Source: Ignavibacteria bacterium (lineage in GTDB: Bacteria > Bacteroidota > Ignavibacteria > Kapaibacteriales > UBA961). From it: a stretch of DNA of 64,000 nt. The translations under genes were made by a program, and so were the position numbers. The stretch spans positions 34,552 through 98,551 of the forward strand of contig CANLII010000005.1 in assembly GCA_947491315.1 (NCBI GenBank), written 5' to 3'. Positions 45,102-54,184 of the stretch are shown here, piece by piece. The stretch's first letter is position 1; every line of letters starts with the position of its first letter. The notes below the pieces were generated by a model. The model searched no databases. It saw only the letters and a list, made by a program, of their open reading frames with translations, and was not told the origin of the DNA.

Positions 45102-45827
45102 ATGAAAAAACAGAAAACCGATCTTGAACGATATCTTGTGCAACAACAAGGAATCTTGGGGTCGGTTTTGTTTATTGATGCACAAAATGTGAATCAAAAT
45201 CAGACACCCTCAATAGATATAAAAAAACAGGTTGATATGAGTGTTAATCCCGCATGGCAATCAACAGATTCTCTTCCGATTTTGCATGATCATATTCATA
45301 CATGTATGGAATGTCGCTTGGGAGATACTCGAAATTCATTTGTTTTCGGTTCAGGAAATCCCAATGCCGATATATTGATCATCGGTGAAGCACCGGGTGC
45401 TGATGAAGATGCGCAAGGACTTCCATTTGTTGGTGCGGCCGGAAAACTCCTCACGAAGATTCTTGAAGCAATTGATCTATCAAGAGATGAAGTGTATATT
45501 GCCAATATCATCAAATGTCGTCCACCCGAAAACAGAAGACCCGAGAAAGATGAAATCGCGCAATGCGAACCCTATTTACAAAAGCAAATTGAACTCATAA
45601 AACCCGCATTCATTTTGGCACTAGGACTCACAGCCGTCAATACTCTTTTCAAGAAGACTCATCAAATGCAAGATATCAGAGGAAAAGTGATGAATTATCA
45701 CGGCGTATCTCTTCTTGCCACCTATCATCCTGCCGCTTTGCTTCGCAATCCCAATTGGAAAAAACCCGCCTGGGAAGATGTGCAATTATTGCGCTCAATG
45801 TATGATGAATGGAAGAAAGATCAGTGA
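45102..45827 (+). CDS. family 4 uracil-DNA glycosylase (4Fe-4S)
   Basis: CMEC, GEAPGADE, PFVG, KCRPPENR, TYHPAALLR. Confidence 0.93.
   Translation: MKKQKTDLERYLVQQQGILGSVLFIDAQNVNQNQTPSIDIKKQVDMSVNPAWQSTDSLPILHDHIHTCMECRLGDTRNSFVFGSGNPNADILIIGEAPGADEDAQGLPFVGAAGKLLTKILEAIDLSRDEVYIANIIKCRPPENRRPEKDEIAQCEPYLQKQIELIKPAFILALGLTAVNTLFKKTHQMQDIRGKVMNYHGVSLLATYHPAALLRNPNWKKPAWEDVQLLRSMYDEWKKDQ
45670..45816 (+). repeat. direct repeat copy 1 (147 bp, 3' end of udg)
   Basis: Identical to 48136-48282 by base-by-base reading. Confidence 0.95.
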
Positions 45828-45958
45828 AATCACAATGTTGAACACAAATCAAAAAGCCGATAAAGTGAATCAATCCAGTACATGAAATTTGAAAATATAG
45901 ATAGGTTTTCATTAGACAACATGTATCATCAATCAATTGCAATTATTGATATCATATC

Positions 45959-48019
45959 ATGAATGATCTTATTCTTGAAGCAGAAGTTACTTTTACAAAG
46001 TACATTAGAACATATCAGTATCAGGTAGCAGAAGAGTTTATAATTTCTTTTGTCCAATCAGTTGACTGGAAAGATTATGAGGTAAATGTATTCTGTACAT
46101 TTTTGCTCTATCAATATGAAGCATGTTATAAGCAGTCATATTATAGCAAATCATCTCATGTTGCAGAAAAATTAGAACATTTGTTGCAAGAGAATGAACA
46201 ATCGATTTCAGAAGTGAATATTGGAAAAATTCACTTGGCGATTGCACAAACTCAAATGATTTCAATGAATGTTGAAGGTGCTGAACTATCAGTCAATAAA
46301 GCACTTGAAAAGTTTAAGAATGAGTCTGATTTGGTCTACAGAGCAAGTGTGCTCTATACAAAGGGTTCTGTATATAAGATTAAAGGGGAATATCTACAAG
46401 CTCTTTCGGTATATTCAGATGCATTACATGAGTTGAATGGAAGTACTGAGTTTACATTGATGGCTAATGGACATGTTTTCATCGGCATGTTGAATTTTGA
46501 TCAGTCTCTTTTTGATAAAGCCTTCTCAATGTATGTAAAAGCACTTTCATTGTATGAAAAGGAGGGTAATCTCTATGGTAAGTCTGCCGTACTCATAAAT
46601 CTTGGGAATATCTATAGAAGATTATCAGATAATCAAAAGGCATTGGAGTATTATCAACAAAGTTTAGAGCTCAATCAGCAGTTGGATCGAAAAAGTGGAA
46701 TTGCTAATGTCTATGCAAGTATGGGAAATATATATTTTCATTTGGATGACTTTGAAAAAGCAGCACTCTATTACCGAAATTCCATTGAAATGTATGAAGT
46801 GCTTGGAAATAAATCAGCCCTTTACTCAATCTATAATAATGTGGGCTCGACATATTTGATGAATAAACAATATGATGAAGCCATAGAGTATTATAATAAG
46901 GCTTTTGAGCGCTATAGAAATACGGGTAATTATACTGAAGAATTATCCTATTATGTTAACCTGGGGCAATTGTATCTCAAACAAGAGAATTATTCTTTAG
47001 CCAAGGAGTATAATGAAAGAGGATTGCAGCTCAGTAAGGAAAAGGGTGATCAGGAAAGATTGCATGAATTCCTAAGCTCGCTTGGTATTATCTACTTTCA
47101 TGAATCAGTGTCGGATGCTGAAACAGCAACTTCTATTTCATTTGTGGAACAAGCATATGCATATACTGTGCAAGCCAAAATGAAATTTGAGCAAGCTACG
47201 CATGCTAACAGATTATCTGATATGTATTCAAAGATGAAAGATTGGGAATCCGCATTTACTTATCATAAAATATTTCATGATCTTGAAGCGGAGATTCATA
47301 GTTCAGATATCCGAAAGCATGCAGAAATCATGGAGCATAATCGGAAAATATTAGAGGCTGAACAACATCAACAAAGTGAATTATCAGCATTGCGAGAACA
47401 TTCCAGATTGTTGCATGACATTCTACCTTCAACTATTGCAGAGAGAATAATTTCAGGAGAAAAGACAATTGCTGAAGAAACTGCATCTGTTAGTATTTTC
47501 TTTTCTGACATCGTTGGATTTACTTCAATAGCTGAATCAATTTCACCATCTGCATTGGTTCAAAATCTCAATAAATTATTTTCTATAATTGATAATCTAG
47601 CAGATAAGCACGGTATTGAGAAGATAAAGACAATAGGTGACTCATATATGGCCGTTTGTGGTATACCTGAATATAAGCATGATCACGCGATTCGCATGGC
47701 AGAGTTTGCCAAAGAAGTCATGGGATTATCAGAATCTTTCAATTTTGAAGATAGAGCCATTGAGTTAAGAATAGGTATCCACTCAGGACCCGCAGTTGCA
47801 GGAGTGATTGGACTAAATAGATATGCGTACGATTTATGGGGTGATTCTGTAAATATTGCGAGCAGAATGGAGAGTACCGGAATGCCTGGAAAAATTCAAG
47901 TAAGTGAATCTTTCGTATTAGAATTATCAAATCAATCTAAGGGTAGATTTATTACTTCTTATAGAGGGGAAACAGAAATGAAGGGCAAAGGAACCCTGAA
48001 GACCTATACTCTTTTGTAA
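45959..48019 (+). CDS. TPR-repeat class III adenylate/guanylate cyclase
   Basis: Repeated TPRs (NLGNIY..ALEYY); FFSDIVGFT, EKIKTIGDSYM, YDLWGDSVNIASRMES, MKGKG. Confidence 0.92.
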   Translation: MNDLILEAEVTFTKYIRTYQYQVAEEFIISFVQSVDWKDYEVNVFCTFLLYQYEACYKQSYYSKSSHVAEKLEHLLQENEQSISEVNIGKIHLAIAQTQMISMNVEGAELSVNKALEKFKNESDLVYRASVLYTKGSVYKIKGEYLQALSVYSDALHELNGSTEFTLMANGHVFIGMLNFDQSLFDKAFSMYVKALSLYEKEGNLYGKSAVLINLGNIYRRLSDNQKALEYYQQSLELNQQLDRKSGIANVYASMGNIYFHLDDFEKAALYYRNSIEMYEVLGNKSALYSIYNNVGSTYLMNKQYDEAIEYYNKAFERYRNTGNYTEELSYYVNLGQLYLKQENYSLAKEYNERGLQLSKEKGDQERLHEFLSSLGIIYFHESVSDAETATSISFVEQAYAYTVQAKMKFEQATHANRLSDMYSKMKDWESAFTYHKIFHDLEAEIHSSDIRKHAEIMEHNRKILEAEQHQQSELSALREHSRLLHDILPSTIAERIISGEKTIAEETASVSIFFSDIVGFTSIAESISPSALVQNLNKLFSIIDNLADKHGIEKIKTIGDSYMAVCGIPEYKHDHAIRMAEFAKEVMGLSESFNFEDRAIELRIGIHSGPAVAGVIGLNRYAYDLWGDSVNIASRMESTGMPGKIQVSESFVLELSNQSKGRFITSYRGETEMKGKGTLKTYTLL

Positions 48020-48090
48020 GAGGTCATGTGTAATCTCTCTCGATTTTAGTAACTCTTAAAAATAACGAAAGTGAGTAAATGACCAACTTA

Positions 48091-48305
48091 GACTCGTGGC
48101 CATGAATACTCTTTTCAAGAAGAATTATCTAATGTAAGATATCAGAGGAAAAGTGATGAATTATCACGGCGTATCTCTTCTTGCCACCTATCATCCTGCC
48201 GCTTTGCTTCGCAATCCCAATTGGAAAAAACCCGCCTGGGAAGATGTGCAATTATTGCGCTCAATGTATGATGAATGGAAGATTAGGACAATCAAGAAAT
48301 TATGA
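48091..48305 (+). pseudogene. udg 3' fragment (repeat copy 2 plus decayed 5' flank)
   Basis: 48136-48282 identical to udg; 48105-48135 has 4 mismatches in 31 nt including CAA>TAA; frame ends WKIRTIKKL* at 48305. Confidence 0.85.
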
Positions 48306-48362
48306 GAGCATTTATTAATCAATATGCAGATAGGTTTGGGATAATAATGATTGTTGATTGAA

Positions 48363-49277
48363 TCATTCCAGTAGTTGCTTTCGGTCCAACTTTGTATCGT
48401 AGAGATTATGAATCAAGAGTATGGAAAGCCCAAATAAGACTGATCCAATAATGAGGACATTACTCAGAATCCCGTCTATTGAAAATGAAAGCTTCAGTAG
48501 AATCGTAGAAATAACAAATCCAGAGTTTCGGACAATGACATGAAATTTGTCAGTAAAGTACAAAGACATCAAAAGCAATAGTGCATCTACTATGATCAGA
48601 GCGGTAAAAAACTCATCAAAGAAAATATTATTCAGCTCCACAAATACTTCCATTTTTTGTGAATACGCATTCATTGCATTCATAGTCCAATTGAAAAATG
48701 CAACAAAAGCCAGTATAAACATAGTTGGTACGAGAATCTTGGCTAAAATCAACTTCAGCCGAATAAACGAATGTAAATTAGGATCAAGCATAGTATCTGG
48801 TTTACTGTGACTGGATTTTGAGTATGCATGGGAATTTTTGTAGAAAAGGAAGATCAGAAGCAATAATATGAGTGTTGTGACAATGTCATAAGTGAACTGT
48901 AAATCACCCTTTGAATGAAACCAATCACTCATAAAATCAAGAGAGGCTATGTCCTTGAAAATGCGTCGAATGACGATTAAAGTTATGATTTCAAATTGTT
49001 TGCCAATATAGATGGTGATTGAATGAGGGATATAGAAGATCAGTAAATACACTTCATAGACCAATATGAAAGAGAAGGGTGTATAAATGGCCGCGATAGG
49101 ATTCAATAAAAAGGATGACTTAACACTTATAAAGCCAAAAAATGCGAAAATAATGAGAGCTAAATGAATAAAAAAGCAGCAAATAGCGATAGTGAGCGAA
49201 AGCTTTTCAATCTTTACTCTCGTTTCATATGAGAGCAACATAGTTGAGTAATTCAATATACTCGCGAGAGGTTTCAT
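48363..49277 (-). CDS. hypothetical multi-pass membrane protein
   Basis: 304 aa with about 7-8 hydrophobic segments; no recognised motif. Confidence 0.75.
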   Translation of the reverse strand: MKPLASILNYSTMLLSYETRVKIEKLSLTIAICCFFIHLALIIFAFFGFISVKSSFLLNPIAAIYTPFSFILVYEVYLLIFYIPHSITIYIGKQFEIITLIVIRRIFKDIASLDFMSDWFHSKGDLQFTYDIVTTLILLLLIFLFYKNSHAYSKSSHSKPDTMLDPNLHSFIRLKLILAKILVPTMFILAFVAFFNWTMNAMNAYSQKMEVFVELNNIFFDEFFTALIIVDALLLLMSLYFTDKFHVIVRNSGFVISTILLKLSFSIDGILSNVLIIGSVLFGLSILLIHNLYDTKLDRKQLLE

Positions 49278-49354
49278 GATGTTCTCATATTAGTGTTGTA
49301 AATCAGAACGGGAAAGTTGTACAAAACATACTAATAAATAACAAACAACAAAAA

Positions 49355-49388
49355 AAAACCCAAAAGGATAAGATACCTTTTGGGTTTT
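49355..49388 (-). terminator. intrinsic terminator downstream of tRNA-Leu
   Basis: AAAACCCAAAAGG...CCTTTTGGGTTTT, with a T-tract on the minus strand. Confidence 0.8.
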
Positions 49389-49396
49389 ATAATGCG

Positions 49397-49480
49397 TGCA
49401 GGAGGTGGGACTCGAACCCACACGGATTTATAGTCCACTGGATTTTGAGTCCAGCGCGTCTGCCATTTCGCCACTCCTGC
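49397..49480 (-). tRNA. tRNA-Leu(CAA)
   Basis: GCAGGAG acceptor stem, TGGCGAAATGGCAGACGC D arm, CTGGA-CTCAAAA-TCCAG anticodon arm, long variable arm, GGGTTCGAGTCCC T arm; CCA not encoded. Confidence 0.96.
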
Positions 49481-49536
49481 GAGTGGGAAGTCAAAAATAA
49501 GAAATTTGCTCATATTCCCAAGCATGAAGATTATAC

Positions 49537-52419
49537 TTATCTATTGATTAGTATTGGATAATGACCAAGTATGCTTCCATTGCTTAATACCATGAGGGAA
49601 TATGCGCCAGAGTGAAGATTCCTCACATCCAGAAATAGGTAAAATTCTCTTTGTTCGGCAGAGTAAGACCTTATATCGATTTCATTACCCATGATATCAA
49701 ACAATCTCCATTCCAATTCTTTTGCTTCTGGAATTGTGATGGTGATAAATTCTTTGGCCGGAAGAGGAAAAACGGATGTACCGACAGGACGTTCTTCGGA
49801 AATATCAGTGCTTCGTCCAATGCTGATATCATCGATCCACCAACCATCTGCTTGGAAGGATGCTCCTGAGAAGAATCGCAATCGGAATAATGTGGTGTCT
49901 GATTGAGGCGTGAATAGAATTTGTTCAGGTTTCCAATCATCAGCATTGGTGATGCTGTCTTGCCATGGAGCGAACATTGTGGAATTGTATCTGCCAATGA
50001 CCGACCAACTATCTCCCCAATTCTGTGAAAGTTCAACCACAGCGGAATCCGTTGGATCCACAAGTGCGGCATGCATGAATCGCATGGCATGCTCTGTTTG
50101 GGGTAGCGTTTTCACTGGCATCAGGATAAAGGTGTCTCTCGCATTTCTCACATATTGTCCGGTGGGTGATTCAGTCAATGCATTTGCGCCACTGAAAGCA
50201 AAAACAGAACTCGTGGAAAATCTGCCAGAAGTATAATATGCGCGAAGTGGATCTGCATCGAAGTGTTCGGAATAAGATGATTCAATCTTGCCACCAAAGA
50301 CCAAACGTCTTGGCGTTCTTGCACTTTCATATTTGGACTGGTCGGTAAGACTCAATGAATATTCATACCAGCCTTCAATTGGCAAGGTATCATTGAATGC
50401 TTTGATCGAACCGGTATCCGTAATTGTAATTGGGTATTCTCTGATCTTGCTTCCATCTCTGAATACTGTTAATGTATTCGGATTGATGAATGGAGTGATG
50501 GAATCTGCTCTGAAGCTCGGAATGCGGATTGACAATGATACAATATTCAAATCACCGATTGTTTTTGCAGAGATGAGATTCGGCATTTGAGGAAGTTTGG
50601 CGCCTCCTGCCGTTGCCTTTACCTCGCGGATTGCACTTGTATCAATGCCAGCAACTACGCGAATGCCATAGGTATATGTTTTGAATGCGGTTACAGTGAC
50701 ATCATTAAATGTTTCCAAATCACCTGCCACTTCAGTAAGAAATGCATTGTTTCTATAGAGCACATACTTGATCGGTGCATCTAATGGCTGATCAAATACT
50801 CTTGCTTTTGGGGCTTTCCAGAATAATCGAATAGAAGTTGTATCAGTGGAAGAAGGTCTTGCAGTGAATGGATATGCCGGTTGAGGAATGCGCGTATTCA
50901 CGATTGCTGTATATGCATCATTATCAATTTTGGTCGTTCCTGCATTACGCATGTCTACCCATGATGGATAAATGATGCCATCATACATTGCGCAACCGCT
51001 ATAATCACCGGCAAAGACATTATTCCGAAAAGGATTATTTCGCAAATCGCTCTGTGCCTCTGAAGCCCTGCGATCCATCCATGTATCACCACCGTCTCTT
51101 GAATAACTCACATAACAATTCGTGATGATATTATTCGGATCATCTCGAGAATCAAGATACATGATGCCCAAATCTCCATTCGTGGGATCAATTGCAATCC
51201 AATGCCAAAATTGATCATTGGTTTCGGTTGAATGTACCATGATTGGTTTTGACCAAGATTCGCCTTTATCAGTGGAGCGAGAAAAATAGACATTCGGAAT
51301 GCTATCGGCAGACCATGACAGATAGAGCCAGCCTCTTCGCGGACCATTCGTCAAATCGCATGTCATTGAAGGATATGCCTCAGCTCTCACTCCTCCCTTA
51401 ACCGTATGTCGCACGCCCTCATCCAATACTTTTACTTTTCCGAATGAACGATATGTTTGAATCAAACGAGGTGAAGTGAAAGTAGTACCACCATCCATGG
51501 ATTTAGCGAAACCTATGCTGGATTTTGGACCAAAATTCCATACTGTATACACTTCGCCTTCGGGACCAGTTACTGTCAATGGGAAACTCTGACCAAATGT
51601 GGTATCTTCTGAAATTCCCGGAACTCGATCGCTCACGGGAACGGGCATAGACCAAGTACTTCCTTTGTCTGTTGAATATACATTTACGATTTGAGTGGAT
51701 GAATCACGATTGATCACGCGCTTCCAAGGAATATATAGTCTGTCCACATAAGGAGAAGTCGGTGAATTATCAGCCCAGATATAATATTTGTCTTCAAAAG
51801 TTGAATCAGGAGTTTGCTCTCCCAAGTGCTGAATAACGGGAATGTGTTTTGCCCATGTCACTCCACCATCGGTTGTTCTCGCAAAGAATACACCATTTTC
51901 CGGTGATGCTTTGCTTCTGTCTCCAAATGCACCATAGACCAAATAACCCGTTCCATCGCGACTAAAAGCTACTGATGGATCATTGCTTGAAGTGGTCATT
52001 TTGGGTGGTTTTCCAAGATTAATATTCTTCCATGTTCTGCCACCATCCATCGAATAATACACCCAAGCCGATGAACTTGCGCGGTAGTCAACAGCAGATC
52101 CAATAAGATTCATTGGATTTTTGGGATTCACCGCTATCGAAGATTCATTCTGCACAGGTAATTGATCTGTTTCAGCGGTGATCATGTTTACATCATCAAA
52201 GAAACTAGGATTGGTGAGTGAATTCGTAATCATCGGAATCATTGGCGTGAGAGGAATTTCTCTGCCGATATCAGGTGTCGGATGTGCTGATTCCATATAT
52301 CTTCGAAGAGCATCTCCCGCCTTTTTTACTTCAATCAATAGATCGCTCTGTGCCTGAAGTTCAAATGGAAGTATCGTGAAACAGAAAATTGAGAATAGGA
52401 GTGTATGCAAGTATTTCAT
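49537..52419 (-). CDS. T9SS cargo with an Asp-box (BNR/sialidase-like) beta-propeller and Fn3-like domains
   Basis: SMDGGRTW, TTDGGVTW, STDKGSTW, SMDGGTTF, STDKGESW, SRDGGDTW; CTD VFPLPA...GAYSL. Confidence 0.82.
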   Translation of the reverse strand: MKYLHTLLFSIFCFTILPFELQAQSDLLIEVKKAGDALRRYMESAHPTPDIGREIPLTPMIPMITNSLTNPSFFDDVNMITAETDQLPVQNESSIAVNPKNPMNLIGSAVDYRASSSAWVYYSMDGGRTWKNINLGKPPKMTTSSNDPSVAFSRDGTGYLVYGAFGDRSKASPENGVFFARTTDGGVTWAKHIPVIQHLGEQTPDSTFEDKYYIWADNSPTSPYVDRLYIPWKRVINRDSSTQIVNVYSTDKGSTWSMPVPVSDRVPGISEDTTFGQSFPLTVTGPEGEVYTVWNFGPKSSIGFAKSMDGGTTFTSPRLIQTYRSFGKVKVLDEGVRHTVKGGVRAEAYPSMTCDLTNGPRRGWLYLSWSADSIPNVYFSRSTDKGESWSKPIMVHSTETNDQFWHWIAIDPTNGDLGIMYLDSRDDPNNIITNCYVSYSRDGGDTWMDRRASEAQSDLRNNPFRNNVFAGDYSGCAMYDGIIYPSWVDMRNAGTTKIDNDAYTAIVNTRIPQPAYPFTARPSSTDTTSIRLFWKAPKARVFDQPLDAPIKYVLYRNNAFLTEVAGDLETFNDVTVTAFKTYTYGIRVVAGIDTSAIREVKATAGGAKLPQMPNLISAKTIGDLNIVSLSIRIPSFRADSITPFINPNTLTVFRDGSKIREYPITITDTGSIKAFNDTLPIEGWYEYSLSLTDQSKYESARTPRRLVFGGKIESSYSEHFDADPLRAYYTSGRFSTSSVFAFSGANALTESPTGQYVRNARDTFILMPVKTLPQTEHAMRFMHAALVDPTDSAVVELSQNWGDSWSVIGRYNSTMFAPWQDSITNADDWKPEQILFTPQSDTTLFRLRFFSGASFQADGWWIDDISIGRSTDISEERPVGTSVFPLPAKEFITITIPEAKELEWRLFDIMGNEIDIRSYSAEQREFYLFLDVRNLHSGAYSLMVLSNGSILGHYPILINR

Positions 52420-52526
52420 GATCATAAATGTATTGTTTAACTGATTATGTAAAACTATGTTTTTCAGACTCATGCAAAAGCACGAAATTTATGGGAATAT
52501 ACACATAATCAACATGGAAAACCATC

Positions 52527-53426
52527 ATGCGTACACTAGGAAAATCAAGTAATTTTTTGGCAATTGAAAGTGCTTATTCGAATCTTGAGAAATCTTCCGT
52601 GGCTATTGTATCAGCTCCATATGAGCATACCGTGAGTTATGGCGGTGGAGCGGGTAAAGGACCCAAAGCAATTCTAGATGCAAGTGCTTATGTGGAATTC
52701 TATGATGATGAATTCAATCGCGAACTTTGTTTTGATATTGGTATTGCCACCATGAAACCCATTGCATTTGGAACATCTGTTCATGAAAAAGCATTGAACA
52801 TTATCGAAAAACAAGTGGAAGAACTTTTGGAGAAAGGAAAATTTGTGGTCACTTTGGGTGGCGAACATACAATATCAACTGCGCCAATTAAAGCCCATTT
52901 CAAGAATTATCCTAAGATGTCCGTGCTTCATTTTGATGCGCATTCCGATTTACGCGATACATATGAAGGAACTCCATATTCACATGCATGCTTTATGTCC
53001 AGAGTTTGTGAATTCATGAAACCCAAATCCATCACTCAAGTCGGTATTCGTGCTCAATGCAAAGAAGAAGCGGAATTCATCAAGAAAAAAGGCGTGAACA
53101 CATTCTATGCTTCAGCCATCAGAAGAGGTCTGCACGGAAAGAGGTGGCAAAAATCGGTGATTGATTCTTTGTCCAAAGATGTGTATGTCACATTCGATGT
53201 CGATTATTTCGATCCATCGATCATGCCTTCCACCGGGACGCCCGAACCGGATGGTTTTTTGTACTCTGAAACACTTGATGTTTTTCGTGAATTGATCAAA
53301 TCAGGAAGAAGGATTGTAGGATTTGACATCGTTGAGCTTGCCCCCGAGAAAAAAGTAAATCATCCGGATTTGACCACAGCGAGATTGCTGTATAAAATGC
53401 TGAACTATGCATTTGCCAAAAAGTAG
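52527..53426 (+). CDS. speB: agmatinase
   Basis: GGEHT, FDAHSD, FDVDYFDPS..P.TGTPEP, DIVELAP. Confidence 0.9.
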   Translation: MRTLGKSSNFLAIESAYSNLEKSSVAIVSAPYEHTVSYGGGAGKGPKAILDASAYVEFYDDEFNRELCFDIGIATMKPIAFGTSVHEKALNIIEKQVEELLEKGKFVVTLGGEHTISTAPIKAHFKNYPKMSVLHFDAHSDLRDTYEGTPYSHACFMSRVCEFMKPKSITQVGIRAQCKEEAEFIKKKGVNTFYASAIRRGLHGKRWQKSVIDSLSKDVYVTFDVDYFDPSIMPSTGTPEPDGFLYSETLDVFRELIKSGRRIVGFDIVELAPEKKVNHPDLTTARLLYKMLNYAFAKK

Positions 53427-54158
53427 TTAAGTTGTTTTTTTGAGTTCGAGTATTTGACCGTCGAATTCAGCATAAGTGGCAGGGAAGGAAAGCCAATGTC
53501 CGAGATTGACATATACACCATTGCCGAATGAAGTGACTTCGGCTTTGTGTTTATGTCCCATGATAACAAAATCAAACTGTTCATTCTGAATCTTCTTTTC
53601 GGCAAATTCGCGCAATCCATCACCGATTGATTGCTCTCCATATTCTTTGGCATCGGTATGCATTCTGCTTCCTCGAGAAGCCCATGTGGCTATGCGAATA
53701 CCGATATCGGGATGAATCCAACGGAAAAGTGTCTTGCTGATCGGACTTCGTAGAATTTTTTTGAGAATAAGATATCCGGTATCATTATACGCTTTGCCAT
53801 CTCCATGCGCGAGATAGAAACGCTTACCGGAAATATCGCAAGTGATATCATCTTCAAATACAGTAATACCGAACTCTTCCTTGAAAAAAGAGACATGTCC
53901 GAAATCATGATTACCCATCAGATAGGTCACGGATTTCCCTTGAATTGTCCAATGTTTCAATTCCGCTAATGTTCTGTAAAACTGCTTCGGAATCACTGTT
54001 GAATATTCGAACCAAAAATCAAAGAGATCCCCAATGATAAAGAGAGATTCGCAGTCATTCTCAATGGATCGAAGAAATGCTATGAAAGCTGTTTCGCGCT
54101 CCATTTGCTGTTCTGCTGAACCTAAACCAAGATGTATGTCTGAAATGAAATAGATCAT
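53427..54158 (-). CDS. lpxH: UDP-2,3-diacylglucosamine diphosphatase (LpxH-like)
   Basis: FISDIHLG, GDLFDFWFEY, GNHD, AHGDG, GHKH. Confidence 0.85.
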   Translation of the reverse strand: MIYFISDIHLGLGSAEQQMERETAFIAFLRSIENDCESLFIIGDLFDFWFEYSTVIPKQFYRTLAELKHWTIQGKSVTYLMGNHDFGHVSFFKEEFGITVFEDDITCDISGKRFYLAHGDGKAYNDTGYLILKKILRSPISKTLFRWIHPDIGIRIATWASRGSRMHTDAKEYGEQSIGDGLREFAEKKIQNEQFDFVIMGHKHKAEVTSFGNGVYVNLGHWLSFPATYAEFDGQILELKKTT

Positions 54159-54184
54159 TCTATCATCAAGAAATCGGAAGATAT

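Noticed and set aside
45639-48282. udg repeat pair as a diversity-generating retroelement TR/VR
   Set aside because: The core is identical, the flank mismatches are not adenine-specific, and there is no reverse transcriptase in the window.
45959-49277. Cyclase plus membrane protein as a Pycsar/CBASS-like defence operon
   Set aside because: The genes are convergent and separated by the repeat, and the cyclase has ordinary adenine-specifying residues.
49331-49525. 64-aa ORF in the track
   Set aside because: It is a shadow of tRNA-Leu and its terminator.
52428-52455. Possible dif site (TTATGTAAAAC resembles a XerD arm)
   Set aside because: There is no matching XerC arm at 6-bp spacing.
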